A stretch of DNA of 64,000 nucleotides from Eledone cirrhosa (taxonomy: Eukaryota). Where the stretch lies: positions 16,554,001-16,618,000 of the forward strand of contig OZ024743.1 in the NCBI GenBank assembly GCA_964016885.1, given 5' to 3'. Both the position numbers and the translations under genes were made by a program. The notes below the pieces were generated by a model. That model had not been told where the DNA came from, did not search any database, and saw nothing but the letters and a program-made list of their open reading frames with translations. The first letter of the stretch is position 1; each line of letters opens with the position of its first letter. Positions 15,129-28,174 of this stretch are shown piece after piece.

Positions 15129-15805
15129 TATGTATGTGTGTGTGTACGTGTGTGTGTAATGTATATGACCACCATGGCATCATCGTTATATATACATATA
15201 TATTTCACGAAAGACTTAAAATTACACACGAAAACGAAATGAATCAATCTGAAGTAATCTCATTTGACACTAATGAATAAGATACAAAGAGATGAAGAAA
15301 AACACCCAAATGTTCTTCTACACACATATACGCAAATTTTGGTACGAGTAGACATATTTTACAACTTTATCTGATGTTATACACATAATTGAAGTATTTG
15401 TGTCTCTAAACTTCACCCTTGATTGCAACAGCAACAAATCTATATTCGTTATAGGTTTACATTTCATTTTTTATCAGTGTCTCTAGATACGATTAGCTTT
15501 CCAGTGAAATAATTGAAATCGCAATTATTGTAATTGCATTTAATCATTAGATCACAAGGACAGGACACCGTAAAACTAAACAGATCATCTAGAGTATTTC
15601 CTCTATCGGTTTTTCTGAAAGGTGATGCTACATTGTGTATGCTTAGAAGTTGATTAAATAGATTCCTTGTACAATCATTCACATAAATAGTGTCATACTT
15701 GACTGTGGTTCAATAAGATCATGGACATGTTATCAAAGATAAGTGTTACATATTTGTATGACTAACATAGACGTCTGGAATAAATTAAAGAAAGAGACAC
15801 ATATT

Positions 15806-15890
<85 letters not shown>

Positions 15891-15961
15891 ATCTATATAT
15901 ATACATATTTATATACATATATATATATATATAAATATATACATACATATACACACACACT

Positions 15962-16000
<39 letters not shown>

Positions 16001-16071
16001 TTGACGTTATAGTCACTTATATATTATGAAATACTGTTGGCTTCTTGCTCACAATAATTTCTATACTTTTC

Positions 16072-16128
<57 letters not shown>

Positions 16129-16547
16129 TAGCGGCATGTAGGTCATGGCCTTTCCTGCAGATACATATGTGTTTGAAGATGATTGATCGAGTCAGTCATC
16201 AGTTATTGCTATTTATGTACAGACGTGTTCATAAAATATGTTGTTTGCGATGCAGGAAAATATCGAACAACGGTAAAACTCAACGCATACTCAACTTGTT
16301 ATCGTCCATGCCGACTATCTCCGGATAAAATATCTTCACTATTTTCTGTATTCTCTGTTTGTGTTTGTCGTAATTCCTTTATTGATTAACTAATTCATGC
16401 AATCCGCACGCATCATGTCACCAGCCAAGGGATTCAACTTCGATTACGAAAGAGGTCCATGATATAGAGTATTTTCCTATTATTGCATCATAGTTAACTA
16501 AACGGGGTAAGCAGTTCTATCCATAAATGAATCTATGTATATATATT

Positions 16548-16686
16548 ATAATAATAATTGTTTCTACATTTGGCACAAGGCCAGAAATTATCGCAGTGTA
16601 TTAATGGTGCTTTATTTATCGACCCCGTAAGGATGAAAGGCAAATTTAACCTCGCCGGGATTTGAACACAAACCATAAAGGAACGT
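16548..16686 (-). mobile_element. Nin-domain SINE (5'-truncated)
   Basis: tttatcgaccccgtaaggatgaaaggcaaa...gggatttgaac with a (TTA)n tail. Confidence 0.8.
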
Positions 16687-16742
<56 letters not shown>

Positions 16743-16999
16743 TTTCTTTATTAACCATAAGGGTTTACATAAAGTAGACATTAAGGACAGTGCAGGACAA
16801 TACAGTACGGTACAAATGGGCATTTCTGCGTGTAAAAAACAGAAACAGAGGATGTAACAAAAAAATAACAATGAAAAATTCCACAATAGGGGGGAGACTT
16901 CGGAGGGAGATTTGTGGAGAAAGCCCAGTAAAAGGCCACAGTGAACCTTACCACCAACGCAAGTGCCCTCTCCCAGGTTTCCACATTTAATTTACAGAT

Positions 17000-19900
17000 A
17001 TATACTCAGAGTAGGCCCTTTCACTCGGGCCATTCTTGCTTTTCTCACCCATCTTTCAACAAAATGCTGGGAAGAGAGCACTTCCCTCTCTACTCTGATT
17101 TTCCTTTTCAAATGAAATTTGAAAAAGTCAATCAGGGCATCACCGAAGAGTTAAGTGCTCGTCTTCAGCCCTTTCAAACGTGTCCACCATACTATATCTT
17201 TCGCCATGGCCACCAGACAGATAAAAACTGCCTGCCCTTCCCCGCTAAAGGAGGAGGGTGGGGCAATCCTCACGATGGACTCAGATGATAGCCGGATCCG
17301 TCCTACACGCGACAGCAGGTGTTCGACATAAACCCACAAGTCAGCAATTTTCGGACACTGGACGAGTGCGTGCAGGACGGTTTCATCGCCCTGCGCGCAT
17401 CTCGGACATACCTGGCTGACGGCACCTCCATGCCTGTAGAGTTCATCCCGAACTGGCAAGGCTCCTCGGTAGCACTGCCAGGCCAGAGATTTCTGGAAGT
17501 TGTCCATAGGCCCCGGCCCGAAAGTTCTTCCAAAGAGATTGGCTAGTTGATTTTCGTCGACGACTAGAGTTTCCCCAAGTAGGTCATCGCTCTTCCCCTC
17601 CACTAATCCTTTATGGAACGCCAAGGTGGAGTTTCCACCGATCACGTTGCCAGATTAGTCGAGGGCTGTGAGCGCCTGAAGACATTCCTGTCTCCAATCG
17701 CTGTCTCTCGGTCTTCGCTTGACCCAGGACTGCAGCTCCGTCAAGGAAACGAGCTGGGGAAAAACGCGTCTAGCAAACGGCGACCACACCTGATCACCGT
17801 CGAGGAAGAGGTGGAGATGTCTTAGCCTGAGCGTGTGCCTGCGCATCATCAGCCACGGCATGCCCAGCCCTCCACGTAGCGGGTGTTGACAACAGATGGA
17901 CCGCCTGATCATCGGAGAGCGTCCCTTCCACAAAAAGCGAAAGAGCAAATGCTCCAGCGCAGTCAGGCGAGGCTTGGGACAAGTTACGAAGGTCAGGCGG
18001 TAGCAGATGACAGACGCGATGTACGCGCTAGCCACCTCTGCTCGACCTTTCAGGGATAGCTTCCTCTCCGCCCATTTCTGTGTGAGAGAAGCCACCCTGT
18101 TCGTCACCTCGTCCCAGTTTTTGTCCGTCTGGAGGTCCGGACCGAACCAGACCCCTAGCAATTTAACCGGTCCGTCCGTCCAGCGTCCGATGACGCTGTT
18201 GGACGGCATGGGCCTGCCTCTCCAGGTGCCGAGCTGCAGGCCCACTGACCTTTCCTGGTTGATCATTGCTCCTGTCACCGTTTCGTATTCTCTTAGTGTA
18301 GTGCCGATCGCCTCGATGTGTTTGGCGTTCGACACCACTACGGTGACATCGTCCGCATATGCTGACACGGATCTTCCGCATCCTAGTTCGCGAGGGATCC
18401 ACCTCAACGTCTCCAGTTTGTGCAGTAATGGCTCGAGAGTCAATACGTACAAGAGGGACGAGAGGGGACATCCTTGGCGGACCGAGCGCATGATGTTGAA
18501 CGGTTTCGAAAGGTGACCGTTCACTCTCACCACAGAGCAGATGTCGCTGTGCATGGCAGCGATCCAGCCTCTGAAGATGGGCCCAAAGCCAGCCGCCCTC
18601 AGGACTGCCGCTAGGTAACGATGGTCGACCATATCGAAAGCTTTCGACTGATCTAAATTGATCAAGGACCCACCCGTGCCAGGTTCCCTAGCTACCATCT
18701 CTACGATGTATCGCATGAGGTGGAGGTTGTCGTGGATGGATCTGTCGTGAATGGCGCATGTCTGCGCCTCTCCCACCAGACCACCAACGACAAGCGCCAA
18801 CCTCTTTGCTAGCACCTTGGCCAACATCTTGAACTCTGTGTTTAGCAGAGTTATTGACCTGAAATTATCTATGTTATGCCCCTTGTTCGGATCCTTTCTC
18901 AGCAGTGCCACCGCTCCTCGGCTCACAGAACTGGGAATTCTCCCGTTCTGTTGCCAGTTGCAGTAGACGTCCGCCAAGAGGCCTCCGAACAAGTCTGGCA
19001 TCTGTACGTAAAGTTCATAGGGCAGACCATCCAAACCAGGCGATTTACCCCTTGTGCAGCCAGTCATTGCATCCCTTACTTCAACGGCTGTTACCGGTTT
19101 TTCGCAACACTCCGACTCAGTGGCCGAGAGCCGCGGCAGTCCGTCGAGGTAGACACTAACGTCCATCCTTCGACCAGGCCCACCGCTGCCCCCGAACAGC
19201 TGAGTGAAGTGTCGCTGAAAAGCTTCACACATTTGCCTGGGATCGAGTAGCATGCAAGCACGTCGGCCGCAATGCCTTTGCTAAGCGCCTCGTCTAATTG
19301 TCTAACTAGTTCTCCCTCTGCTCTAGTTTTCTCTATTGCTAAAGCCTTACTAAACCTAATGGATTCTATTCTAATCGCTCATTTCAGAGCAAACCACCAC
19401 TTGTTGTTGACGATGGCCCCCGTCAACGCCCGCTTAACTAGTTTGCTAATCCGGTCTCTGTAGGCCTTGCGCGCTGGTAAGGACGCGTTTAGCTTCCAGT
19501 AGCCAGGTTCTCGTCTATGAAGCCTATATAAGTCAAGCACACAGATCACGAATTTGTGGTTCGTGTAGCTGATTATCTTGAATTGTGGACAGCCTATGCT
19601 AGACCTATCTATTTCCCTACAAAATACTCTATCTGGATATGATCTGGATGACCCTATGGGATTTGTCCAAGTCCACATTGGCACATTCGGCAAATCTAAT
19701 AGGTACCTGTCTGTTCAAAACGCCTGAGCAGGTTGGTGAGGCTCTTGCACCATCCACCTCTATCCACTAATCCCACACAGTCCCAGCGTGCATCTAAGAT
19801 CCCGTTCCAGTAGCCACTAAAGAGCGGGACGTTCCAAGAAAGGTCTCGAGACGCCGGAAGAAATCAGGCCGCCCTGATCCTATCGGGGCATAGACGGCCA

Positions 19901-20223
19901 CAACCTGAAAGCTTGCCCGTCTCCGCTGGTCACATCCAGCACCATCAACCTACCTTCTGGGTCCAGGAAGTTGGCCCGTATGGCAAGGTCTAAACCCCTC
20001 CGAAAGAGCACAGCAACCCCCCCACCCGATCCAGGACGGCTGGGAGACGCGTACACACCGTAGCCGCCGAAGATCGGTGCGTAGGCCCGTGCTTCGGAGA
20101 TTCTGGTTTCGCTGATGGCCACTTATCTATGTTTAGTGACCTAAGGTCGTTGAGCAGGTGGCTCTGCTTCCATGACGACCCCAAGCCACGCGCATTTGTG
20201 CTGCCTATTCTGAGAGAGGTCAT
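17000..20223 (-). pseudogene. LINE ORF2 (APE endonuclease-RT-Zn finger), frameshifted
   Basis: ORFs 19990-20223, 19880-20122, 19379-19693, 17655-19253 (532 aa) and 17151-17645. Confidence 0.9.
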
Positions 20224-20257
20224 GTTGAAATGGAATCGAAAATATGGGAAAGACCAC

Positions 20258-21860
20258 TTACCTTACTTCTCGTAGAGGAAGTATGGTTTCTCCATCCCTT
20301 TTCACTTGATCGTCTGGTGAAGGGACCGTTGAATCAGGCCTTCGGCTGGTCGTCGTCTCTTCTGTGAGTATATCCGAAAATACTCTCAGGTTGAGTGTCC
20401 CTCCTAGGTCTCTGAAATCATCAACTGCGTTGAGGAACTTCGTTTTAATGTTTGTGTATTGTTTCTGTGCTATTCCTACCAGTCTTTTGTTCGTTGGTGG
20501 TTTGATTGGTACTGGTATTATGTAGTCGTGCTGTGAAATGTCTGTGTGTTCAAGTATGTAAGTCATTAGTTCCTTGTTGTCTGTATTTATTGCTGTGAAT
20601 TTATTTTTCTGGGGGTGAGGTTTGGTTCTGCTACTTTATTGTCGTTGTTGCTGGGTGTGTGTGTTTTGTTGTTGTGTTTGCGATGTTGGTGCTTGAGGTG
20701 GTAGTGTTGAAGGTGTTGTTGTTGTTTGCGGCGCGGTTGCCGCCGGTGGTTATGGTGGTGCCAGTATGGGTGGTGATGGTGTTGGTGGTGTTGCTGCTGT
20801 AAGTCTCTTTGCAGTAGCCTTTACTCTTTTTTCATTTCTTTCCTCCCTTTTCGAAGACGACGATGCGCTGCTTCTGCGTTTGTGCCTTCTTGCGACCTTT
20901 TGCGATCCCTCTTCCACCTCACACTCCATGTTCGATTCTCTGAGGTCAGGGAGGGATACCAGCTCCACTCTTTCACTTGGTGATGGTGATGTTTGCAGCG
21001 GTGTCTCTGTTGCAGCTGCAGTTGGTATTACTGTTGTTGTTGTTAATACTTCCACTGCTGTTGCTGTTCTTGATTTTCGTGGCGTGGGTATGGGTGCCAC
21101 GGACCTATCCTTCGTGCTTGCTGGTAGCAGTGGAGCCGGTTTCGGAAGGAGGAGAGTTTGACCCTCACAATTTGTCCGTAGTAGGAGGGCACCAACACCA
21201 TTTCCTCGCTTCTTAGGGTCACTAATTATGACACTAAGAATTGAACCCTTAGGGTCACTAAGAATTGAACCCTTGCCTCCTGGGGTGTGGCAAAAAGCAC
21301 GTCCACGGTGGCATATTTCTTACCCCGGGTGATATGCGTTTTCCGACGCCACACAGACCCTAAGGCTTTTTGTATTTGAGTCTCTGTGGCTCTTTCAACC
21401 CTACGGGATTTTGTGCTTCCTGTGGGTACGTGACCGTACAGTGCTGTTGGATTTCTAAAAATGTTTCGGCTGCCTTGCAGATTACTCGCTGTCCGGTTTT
21501 CGTCACCATCTTCTTTGCTTCATTTAATTCCTCATTTGTTATTAGGATGGTTTCCAGGTTCTTTGCGATACCTGCAAACGAGATTGGTTTTTCTTTCTTG
21601 TTGTTGTTGTTGTTGTCGTCAGAGCTGCTGTTACTTTTGTTGTTGCTGTTAGTACTAAGAGAGCCGCCGCCGCTGTTGCTGTGGTTGTTGTTGTTGTTGT
21701 TGCTGCTGCTGTTGATGTACCTGTTGCTGCTGCTGATGTTGTTGCGGCTGCTACTAGTGTTTTCCTTGGCACTGTTGCTGCTGCTGCTGTTATTACGGCT
21801 GCTACTGCTATTACTCATGACGTCAGACGAATGAAATGGCTTTCCGTATTTACCGCACAC
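20258..21860 (-). pseudogene. LINE ORF1 remnant with Ser/Asn- and Thr/Pro-rich low-complexity segments
   Basis: Upstream of ORF2 on the same strand. PISFAGIAK motif, RGKKYATVDVLFATPQEA (RRM-like) and basic KRRSS/KREER segments. Confidence 0.65.
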
Positions 21861-22306
21861 ACTTTTCGAGGTTGTGACGTCGTGGAGAAATGTTCCACGG
21901 TATGCACGTGCTCTTGGTGAAAGCTATCAGAAACTATCTTTCTTTTTCTTTAATGGCGTCGCTTACGAAAGAGGCGACACAACATTTAGAGAAGGGAGGG
22001 AGAGAGACAATCTTCTCTCTGATGTAGGGACGATTGAGGGAGAAGACGGAATGAGTGGGAGTGACTTGTGAAAATGCTTTTTTGTAGCCATGTTTTTTGG
22101 GGGTTTAAAATGAATATTGGGCACACAACCCCAATAGGCGGTTATTTAACCGCGAAGGGCCAAATAACGGGGAGAAAGACCCCTCTCACGAAGGGGAGGT
22201 TGTTTTTATCTACAATTTGGTTCAAGTTTTAAACAATTTACAATTGTTATAGCGGTTAAAAATGACTGTACCTTACAGAGCCAAGCCTCCGTCAACCATG
22301 GCATTC

Positions 22307-22342
<36 letters not shown>

Positions 22343-22346
<4 letters not shown>

Positions 22347-22512
22347 TTTTTCTAATTTTGGCACAAGACTAGCAATGATACCAGTCCATTACTGGTACTT
22401 TATTTTATCGACTCCGTAAGGATGAAAGGCAGGATTTGAACATAAAGGGCCGTAATTCTTTGCTGCGAAGCTTGGTGTCCGAGACTGTACCGATACTGTC
22501 AATCCACCTAAT
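22343..22512 (-). mobile_element. Nin-domain SINE whose (TTA)n tail adjoins the L1/Tx1 5' end
   Basis: ggtactttattttatcgactccgtaaggatgaaaggca. Confidence 0.8.
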
Positions 22513-22534
22513 ACAACTCATAATAATAACAATT

Positions 22535-23915
22535 TAAAAAACAAAAAATAACCGTGACCAAGAAATGCCGGGAAGGCTGCCGACGGGAAATAGCCGTGTC
22601 TCAAGGGGAAGATGACCCATCCAGTCTTGATTGACACTCATCCGAGGAGTGGTAACTCGAAATGATTGCCTCTTGGTGGTTAAGGATAAAACGCAACAAA
22701 ATAAAGCAAATGTCAAATGATAAAAACTCATACCGCATCGCTCGTCACCCGGGTCAAATAGAGCTGCGTCCCTCAGAGAGGAACCAGACTGGTGTCGAAA
22801 AATCAGCTAATGGTTCAAACCTTCCTATCAATTCGGATATGGATACGTCCCATAACCGGAATAATCCTACTGATGGCTCCCCCATGCTCACCCTCAAGAA
22901 ATCCAAAGAAAAGGAGTGCAAAATTGTCAAGGGAAGACAATAAAGAAGTCTTGAGGCTTACTACACTGCCATGTACTAGACATAAAATAGATCGAATACA
23001 AAACAGACATATATCACCTGGAAAAAGAAACATCCTAACAACGGAGACTATATTAACAGTAATACACTAGCTATACGAAGAAAGGATGTTAAGAAGAAGT
23101 TACTAACTGACATAGAAATTGATCAGATATCTGAATATACATATGATCACCTGATAACAAATGATACTGGAAGATTGTCATAATAGACACACAATCTATC
23201 AATTGCTTGGATAGATTATGAGAAAGCATTTGATAGTTTGCCACACAGTTTGATTGAAAAGTGTTTAGAGATTTTCAAAATATCTCCCGTTGTCAGTATG
23301 AAAACATGGAAAACAACACTCTTTTGAATAGCGAAAAAATAAAAATCACTAGAAGCTGGAGAAGTTAATATTAATTGTAGATTTTTTCAGGGTGACTCTT
23401 TATCACCGCTTTTATTCTGCATTGCCCTTATACCATTAAGTAAAAATGCTCAATGAAACAAGACGTGGATATAAAGTCTATGAGAAAACCATTAATCACT
23501 TGTTCTACATGGATGACCTGAAAGTATTTTAAAAAAATGATGAACAATTGCAAGGTCTATTATCCACTGTGAAGCAGTTCAGTGATGATATTTAAATGGA
23601 GTTTGGACTAGATAAATGCGCCAAAGTCACATTCACTAGAGGAAAGCTGCTGAGAATTTCAGACATTAATCTTGATCGGGGGAATGTGATAAGAAAATTT
23701 GATCAAATGGAAACTTACTAATATCTAGGTGTTTGTGGAGGAGACGGAATCAAGCACTCGACAATGAGGGAAAGGATAAGGAAGCAATGTTAACGCAGAT
23801 TAAGAGCAATGTTAAGAACGGAATTGAATGCTTGCCATACCAGTAGTAACTTACAGTTTTAATGTCATCAACTTGTCAAGCACAGGGATCCGTAGGCTCG
23901 ATACAAAAATTAGAA
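22535..23915 (+). mobile_element. Dong/R4-like non-LTR element, internally deleted and decayed
   Basis: NLSIAWIDYEKAFDSLPHS, FQGDSLSPLLFCIALIPLS, INHLFYMDDLK, MEFGLDKCAK, LAIPVVTYSF, IRRLDTKIRK. Starts next to a short TAA run. Confidence 0.8.
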
Positions 23916-24039
23916 AATGCGTACGTGTTTACACATGGATATGTGTGCATGCTTCTGGGCGTGCATGTGTGAACGTAAGCACACAAGCTACTCTGTATGT
24001 ATTTGTCAGTATCTCTGTGTGTGCGAATGGGAGTGTGAG

Positions 24040-24447
24040 CTGACAAACAGCAATAATTATGCCGACGGGATAGTGGGTGAGCGACAGCTCACGCGCTGAC
24101 GGTCAGCGGGTTCCTACCAGAGGTCAGAATAATGATGACGTCACTAACCAGTTACCAACCCAAGGTCGCGCAAACCGGATGAAGGTCGACGATACAGACC
24201 TGTAGGGTCAGAAACCCCAGAAAAGGATATGCTCCAAAATAAATAGACGTGTCCCAGGAACCTGTGAGTTTAGAGACAGGACGATCCACTCACAGATCGC
24301 ACCTCGAGCTGTTCGCCGGGGAAACACACACACATTGAGTTCGATGCATCACTGATTTTTCGTTTTCAATTATATAATACTCTGCTCTGTAGGATCATAG
24401 AGTGCTCAACCGGCATACCGCCTATGGAAGCATCCTAGCTATCATTA
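24040..24447 (+). mobile_element. Diverged relative of the 8095-8700 element terminus
   Basis: Shares ctcgagct..cgccgg.gaaac, gatgcatcactg.tttttcgttttc and cataccgcctatggaagca..tagcta.catta. Confidence 0.65.
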
Positions 24448-24490
<43 letters not shown>

Positions 24491-24564
24491 ACATACTCAC
24501 ACACACACATACACACAATATATATATATATCTTAGTCTCCAAATTTATTATTATTATTAATAT

Positions 24565-24632
<68 letters not shown>

Positions 24633-25132
24633 CATATGAATACCTGATCAATGGCAATATATTTTTTCTTAATACTAATTCATAGGATACGAAATAGGGC
24701 TATACACCATGCCACAGCAGAAATGTTATGTTAAATCAAAGCAATTATCAACAATGAAACAACTTATGAATACAGATCATAGATACGTAAACTTATATTG
24801 AGTAACTTACCCATGTAACAGCAACCTAATATTGTTAGTATTGATAAATAGTTCGAGTATTGTGATAGCAAAGTGATTATTACCATATAAGAATACTTAG
24901 ATAGGACGGGGAATTTATTGACAAATTAAATAACTGATATTATAAATGGACGTATAGAGTAAGGGAATAAACTATCACTACATTAGGGCTGTTGTTGAGG
25001 TGAATGTCGATAAGCGATAGTAAGTATCAATTACGTTAGATATGTTATTACACTAGAATTTTCTAGAAGTAACACACATCTTAGAAGGCATTTCTCGATT
25101 ATATAAATGGTAACATGATGCCTCAATCCTGC

Positions 25133-25169
<37 letters not shown>

Positions 25170-25227
25170 ATTATTATTTTTTCTTGGAATTTGGCAAGGC
25201 CAGCCATTTATCGCTCGTATACAGGAA

Positions 25228-25335
25228 ACTGACTGGCCAGTCTACTAATATGCAAATCTGGCTGATCAATGGTCTGCTAATATGAAGATCCGACTGATCA
25301 GCCAGTCTGCTAATATGCAAATCAGGCCTATCAGA
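25228..25335. repeat. Three ~33-bp tandem repeats containing octamer ATGCAAAT
   Basis: Unit approx. ctgatcagccagtctgctaatatgcaaatc. Perfect octamers at 25250 and 25315. Confidence 0.7.
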
Positions 25336-25367
25336 GACTGTGTATTTTTGAAAATATATATAAAACA

Positions 25368-25802
25368 TAAGTTTTAAGTCTTTTGTGTGTAATAAATTAA
25401 TGTACTCACTGTTTTGTTCTTTTACTGCCAGTTGTATTTCTTTTGATTATGAACTTTCGGTAGGCCATACAGGTTGCTGGGTTTTGGCTCAAAATTGGTG
25501 ATGTAGTCTCTTTCCTTATCAGTTAGTTAGTTGTGGTATTTTGAAGCCAGGTTGTAGATCTTCTTCATGATGTTGTGGTCTATATTTGACGGTATTTCAT
25601 GATAGAATGTTGTGTCTTTCAGTTGTTCCTCAACCAAATCTTTTTAGTATTCAGCATCCATTATAACAACTGCACCCCCTTTATCTGCTTGTTTAATTAT
25701 TATTGTTTTATCATTTTGTATACGTTTAAGTGCAGACATTTCTGATTTGTTAATGTTTGGCCTAACATTAGTATTACGTCTAAGAGGAAATTTAGACAGG
25801 AT
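25368..25802 (-). mobile_element. PLE RT fragment nearly identical to 49593-50027
   Basis: Base-by-base match, including the segment encoding IKQADKGGAVVIMDAEY. Confidence 0.9.
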
Positions 25803-25820
25803 ATATATACCACTCAGCCA

Positions 25821-25933
25821 CATGCTCCGAAGATCTGACCGGTTATAATTCTGTATTGGCGATCGAGTAACGCAAAATTAAGCGGATAGCGATCTCTAGT
25901 CATACCAGTTCAGTGAAACAAATGTAAGCTATG
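25821..25933 (+). ncRNA. Hammerhead-like motif (CCGAAGA core, long stem II)
   Basis: catgct-CCGAAGA-tctga...tcagt-GAAAC-AAAT-GTA-agctatg. Confidence 0.45.
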
Positions 25934-26057
25934 TGATTAAAAACTTTTTTGTATAGCAAACCGTGTAAACCTTCTTTCCTGATTTATATATATATATATA
26001 TAAATATATATATATATGTGTGTGTGAGAAAAACCACAGACCCTCCATCTCAACTCA

Positions 26058-26095
26058 CCTTTTGAAAAGCAGAAGAACTGCGAAACCGGTAAAGG
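26058..26095 (+). ncRNA. Decayed minimal hammerhead
   Basis: cctt-TTGAAAA-gcag-aagaa-ctgc-GAAAC-CG-GTA-aagg. All three stems pair; the core has two substitutions. Confidence 0.55.
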
Positions 26096-26262
26096 AACCA
26101 AATAAATATATATATTTTTAAAAAAAATAAGACTTCAGTTGCATTTTCGATTTCATCTCTTTTTCTTTATACTTCCACTCGTTTAGGACACCTCGGTTAA
26201 TTTTCATTTTGTAAAAAAAAAACCTCAGTTTCTAATATATATATATATATTAGAAACTGAGG

Positions 26263-26557
<295 letters not shown>

Positions 26558-26565
26558 TATATAAA

Positions 26566-26683
26566 AGGCGTGTGGCTGAGTGGTTAGATAATTGGATTCG
26601 CAATCCTGAGTTTGGGAGTTCAATTCCTGGACCAGGCGATGCGTTATGTCCTTGAGCAAGACACTTTATTTCACGTTGCTCCA
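26566..26683 (+). mobile_element. tRNA-derived SINE head with CORE/V/Meta-like domain
   Basis: A box TGGCTGAGTGG, B box GTTCAATTCC, then GTCCTTGAGCAAGACACTT. Confidence 0.75.
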
Positions 26684-26786
26684 TCTATCTGGAGTTGCGA
26701 CCGATAGATCGTACTAGCAATTGGAAAGACCAACGGAAACATTTTTTCCTCGGTCCGATTTGACGAAAGTCGATCGTAAAAAAAAA

Positions 26787-26818
<32 letters not shown>

Positions 26819-26934
26819 CATAGATATATATATACGTATATATTACATATATACACACATATATATATATATACCTATATATATGTATATATATATATAT
26901 ATGTATATATATACATATATATATACATATATAA

Positions 26935-28172
26935 CTTTAACTTTGAATGACTTTGAAATGTTTTGGCCAGTATTGGCCCAGGCTATGTCTAACTTAATAG
27001 CACCACCTGGCGAAGTCTTTCAATTCAGGATTTGGGCACCATGGCCCATTCGAGAAGAGAATTACTGTTTGCTGAGACATATCCGGGTCGGGGTGGTTTG
27101 TCCGGGATTACTTGGAGGAATTTGTCCAAAGACTTCTTGAATTTTGTGTCGTCAGTTTTTGTTATGACGTGTCCTGGTGTGATGTTGAAGAGAGCAGGGC
27201 CAATTGAGGTGAAATAATTGTGCCGTATTGTTGGTATGAGTTGCGATTTAGATTTTTGTTTGGGACGGATAGCACGGGGTCCAAGCCTTGGGTGTATTTT
27301 GAAGGTGATGCCAACATCATTTGGGCAGTGCTGATGAAACATTTTCCACATCATGCAGATAATATAACGCACACGGCGACGTTGGAGTGAGTACAGTTTC
27401 AGCTTTTCTAGTCGACCCCAGTAGTCAAGGTCTGACATGCGATCTATCTTTTTCGTGATTGCCGTTTGGGGAGCTTCAAGTTTCATGATACTTTGTTTCG
27501 TGTGGGGAGACCACAGTGGACACCAGTATTCAAGTTGTGGTCGGGCAAAAGTGGAGAAGAGAAGGATAATGGTGTGGGAATCTCTCGACTGGAAGGTTCT
27601 GAGGATCCAGGAACACATTCTGCGTGGCCCAGCTTATGTTGCTGCCCACTGTTACTACCAAGTCTCTGATGTTGTTAGATGCCACGAGAGTTTCACCGGA
27701 GGGAAGGGAGTACGGGAGTTTCAGAGCATCAACTTTTCCAAAGTGGATCAGTTCGAATTTATCTTCGGTCAGTAACATGTTGTTCTTTTCCGCCCATTGG
27801 GTAACAGCCAGTAGGTCTGACTGAAGGCTTATCCGGTCATCCACGCCATTGATGACCTTTTGGAGCTTGGAATCATCAGCGAAAATTCTAATGTTGCTGT
27901 GTTTGATGATGTCAGTGATGTCATTAATATAGATGACGAAGAGAAGTGGACCCAACACAATGCCTTGTGGGACCCCACTACTGACTTTGGCTGGGCTGGA
28001 TTTGACTCCTTCGACTACAACATGTTGGGTTCTGTTTGACAGTAAGCTCTTGATCCACTGCAGCAGCTTTCCAGTGAAACCAACATTGGACAGCTTTCTC
28101 AATAGAATGTTGTGATCAACCCTGTCAAAGGCCTTGCTGAAATCAAGGTAGATAACATCAGTGTTGGAACCT
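26935..28172 (-). mobile_element. CR1/L2-type LINE, 3' portion
   Basis: [57 protein letters not shown]. 3' UTR shared with 40433-40518. Confidence 0.88.
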
Positions 28173-28174
28173 AC

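Larger units (their letters stand above)
16741..22306 (-). mobile_element. Near full-length L1/Tx1-clade LINE flanked by (TAA)n on both sides
   Basis: ORF1 remnants at 20258-21860. APE endonuclease (STNARGL, AISET, GGGVAVLF, WKLNASL), RT (KSPGLDGLP, LDQSKAFD, VRQGCPLS, SAYADDV) and C-terminal CPRC..ETVLHALVQC. AATAAA lies just before the 3' (ATT)n. Confidence 0.92.

Noticed and set aside
18007-21920. Plus-strand ORFs overlapping the L1/Tx1 element
   Set aside because: Antisense shadows of GC-rich or trinucleotide-repeat coding sequence.
26566-26645. Functional tRNA gene
   Set aside because: It continues directly into a SINE core domain and the stems are imperfect; classed as a SINE head.
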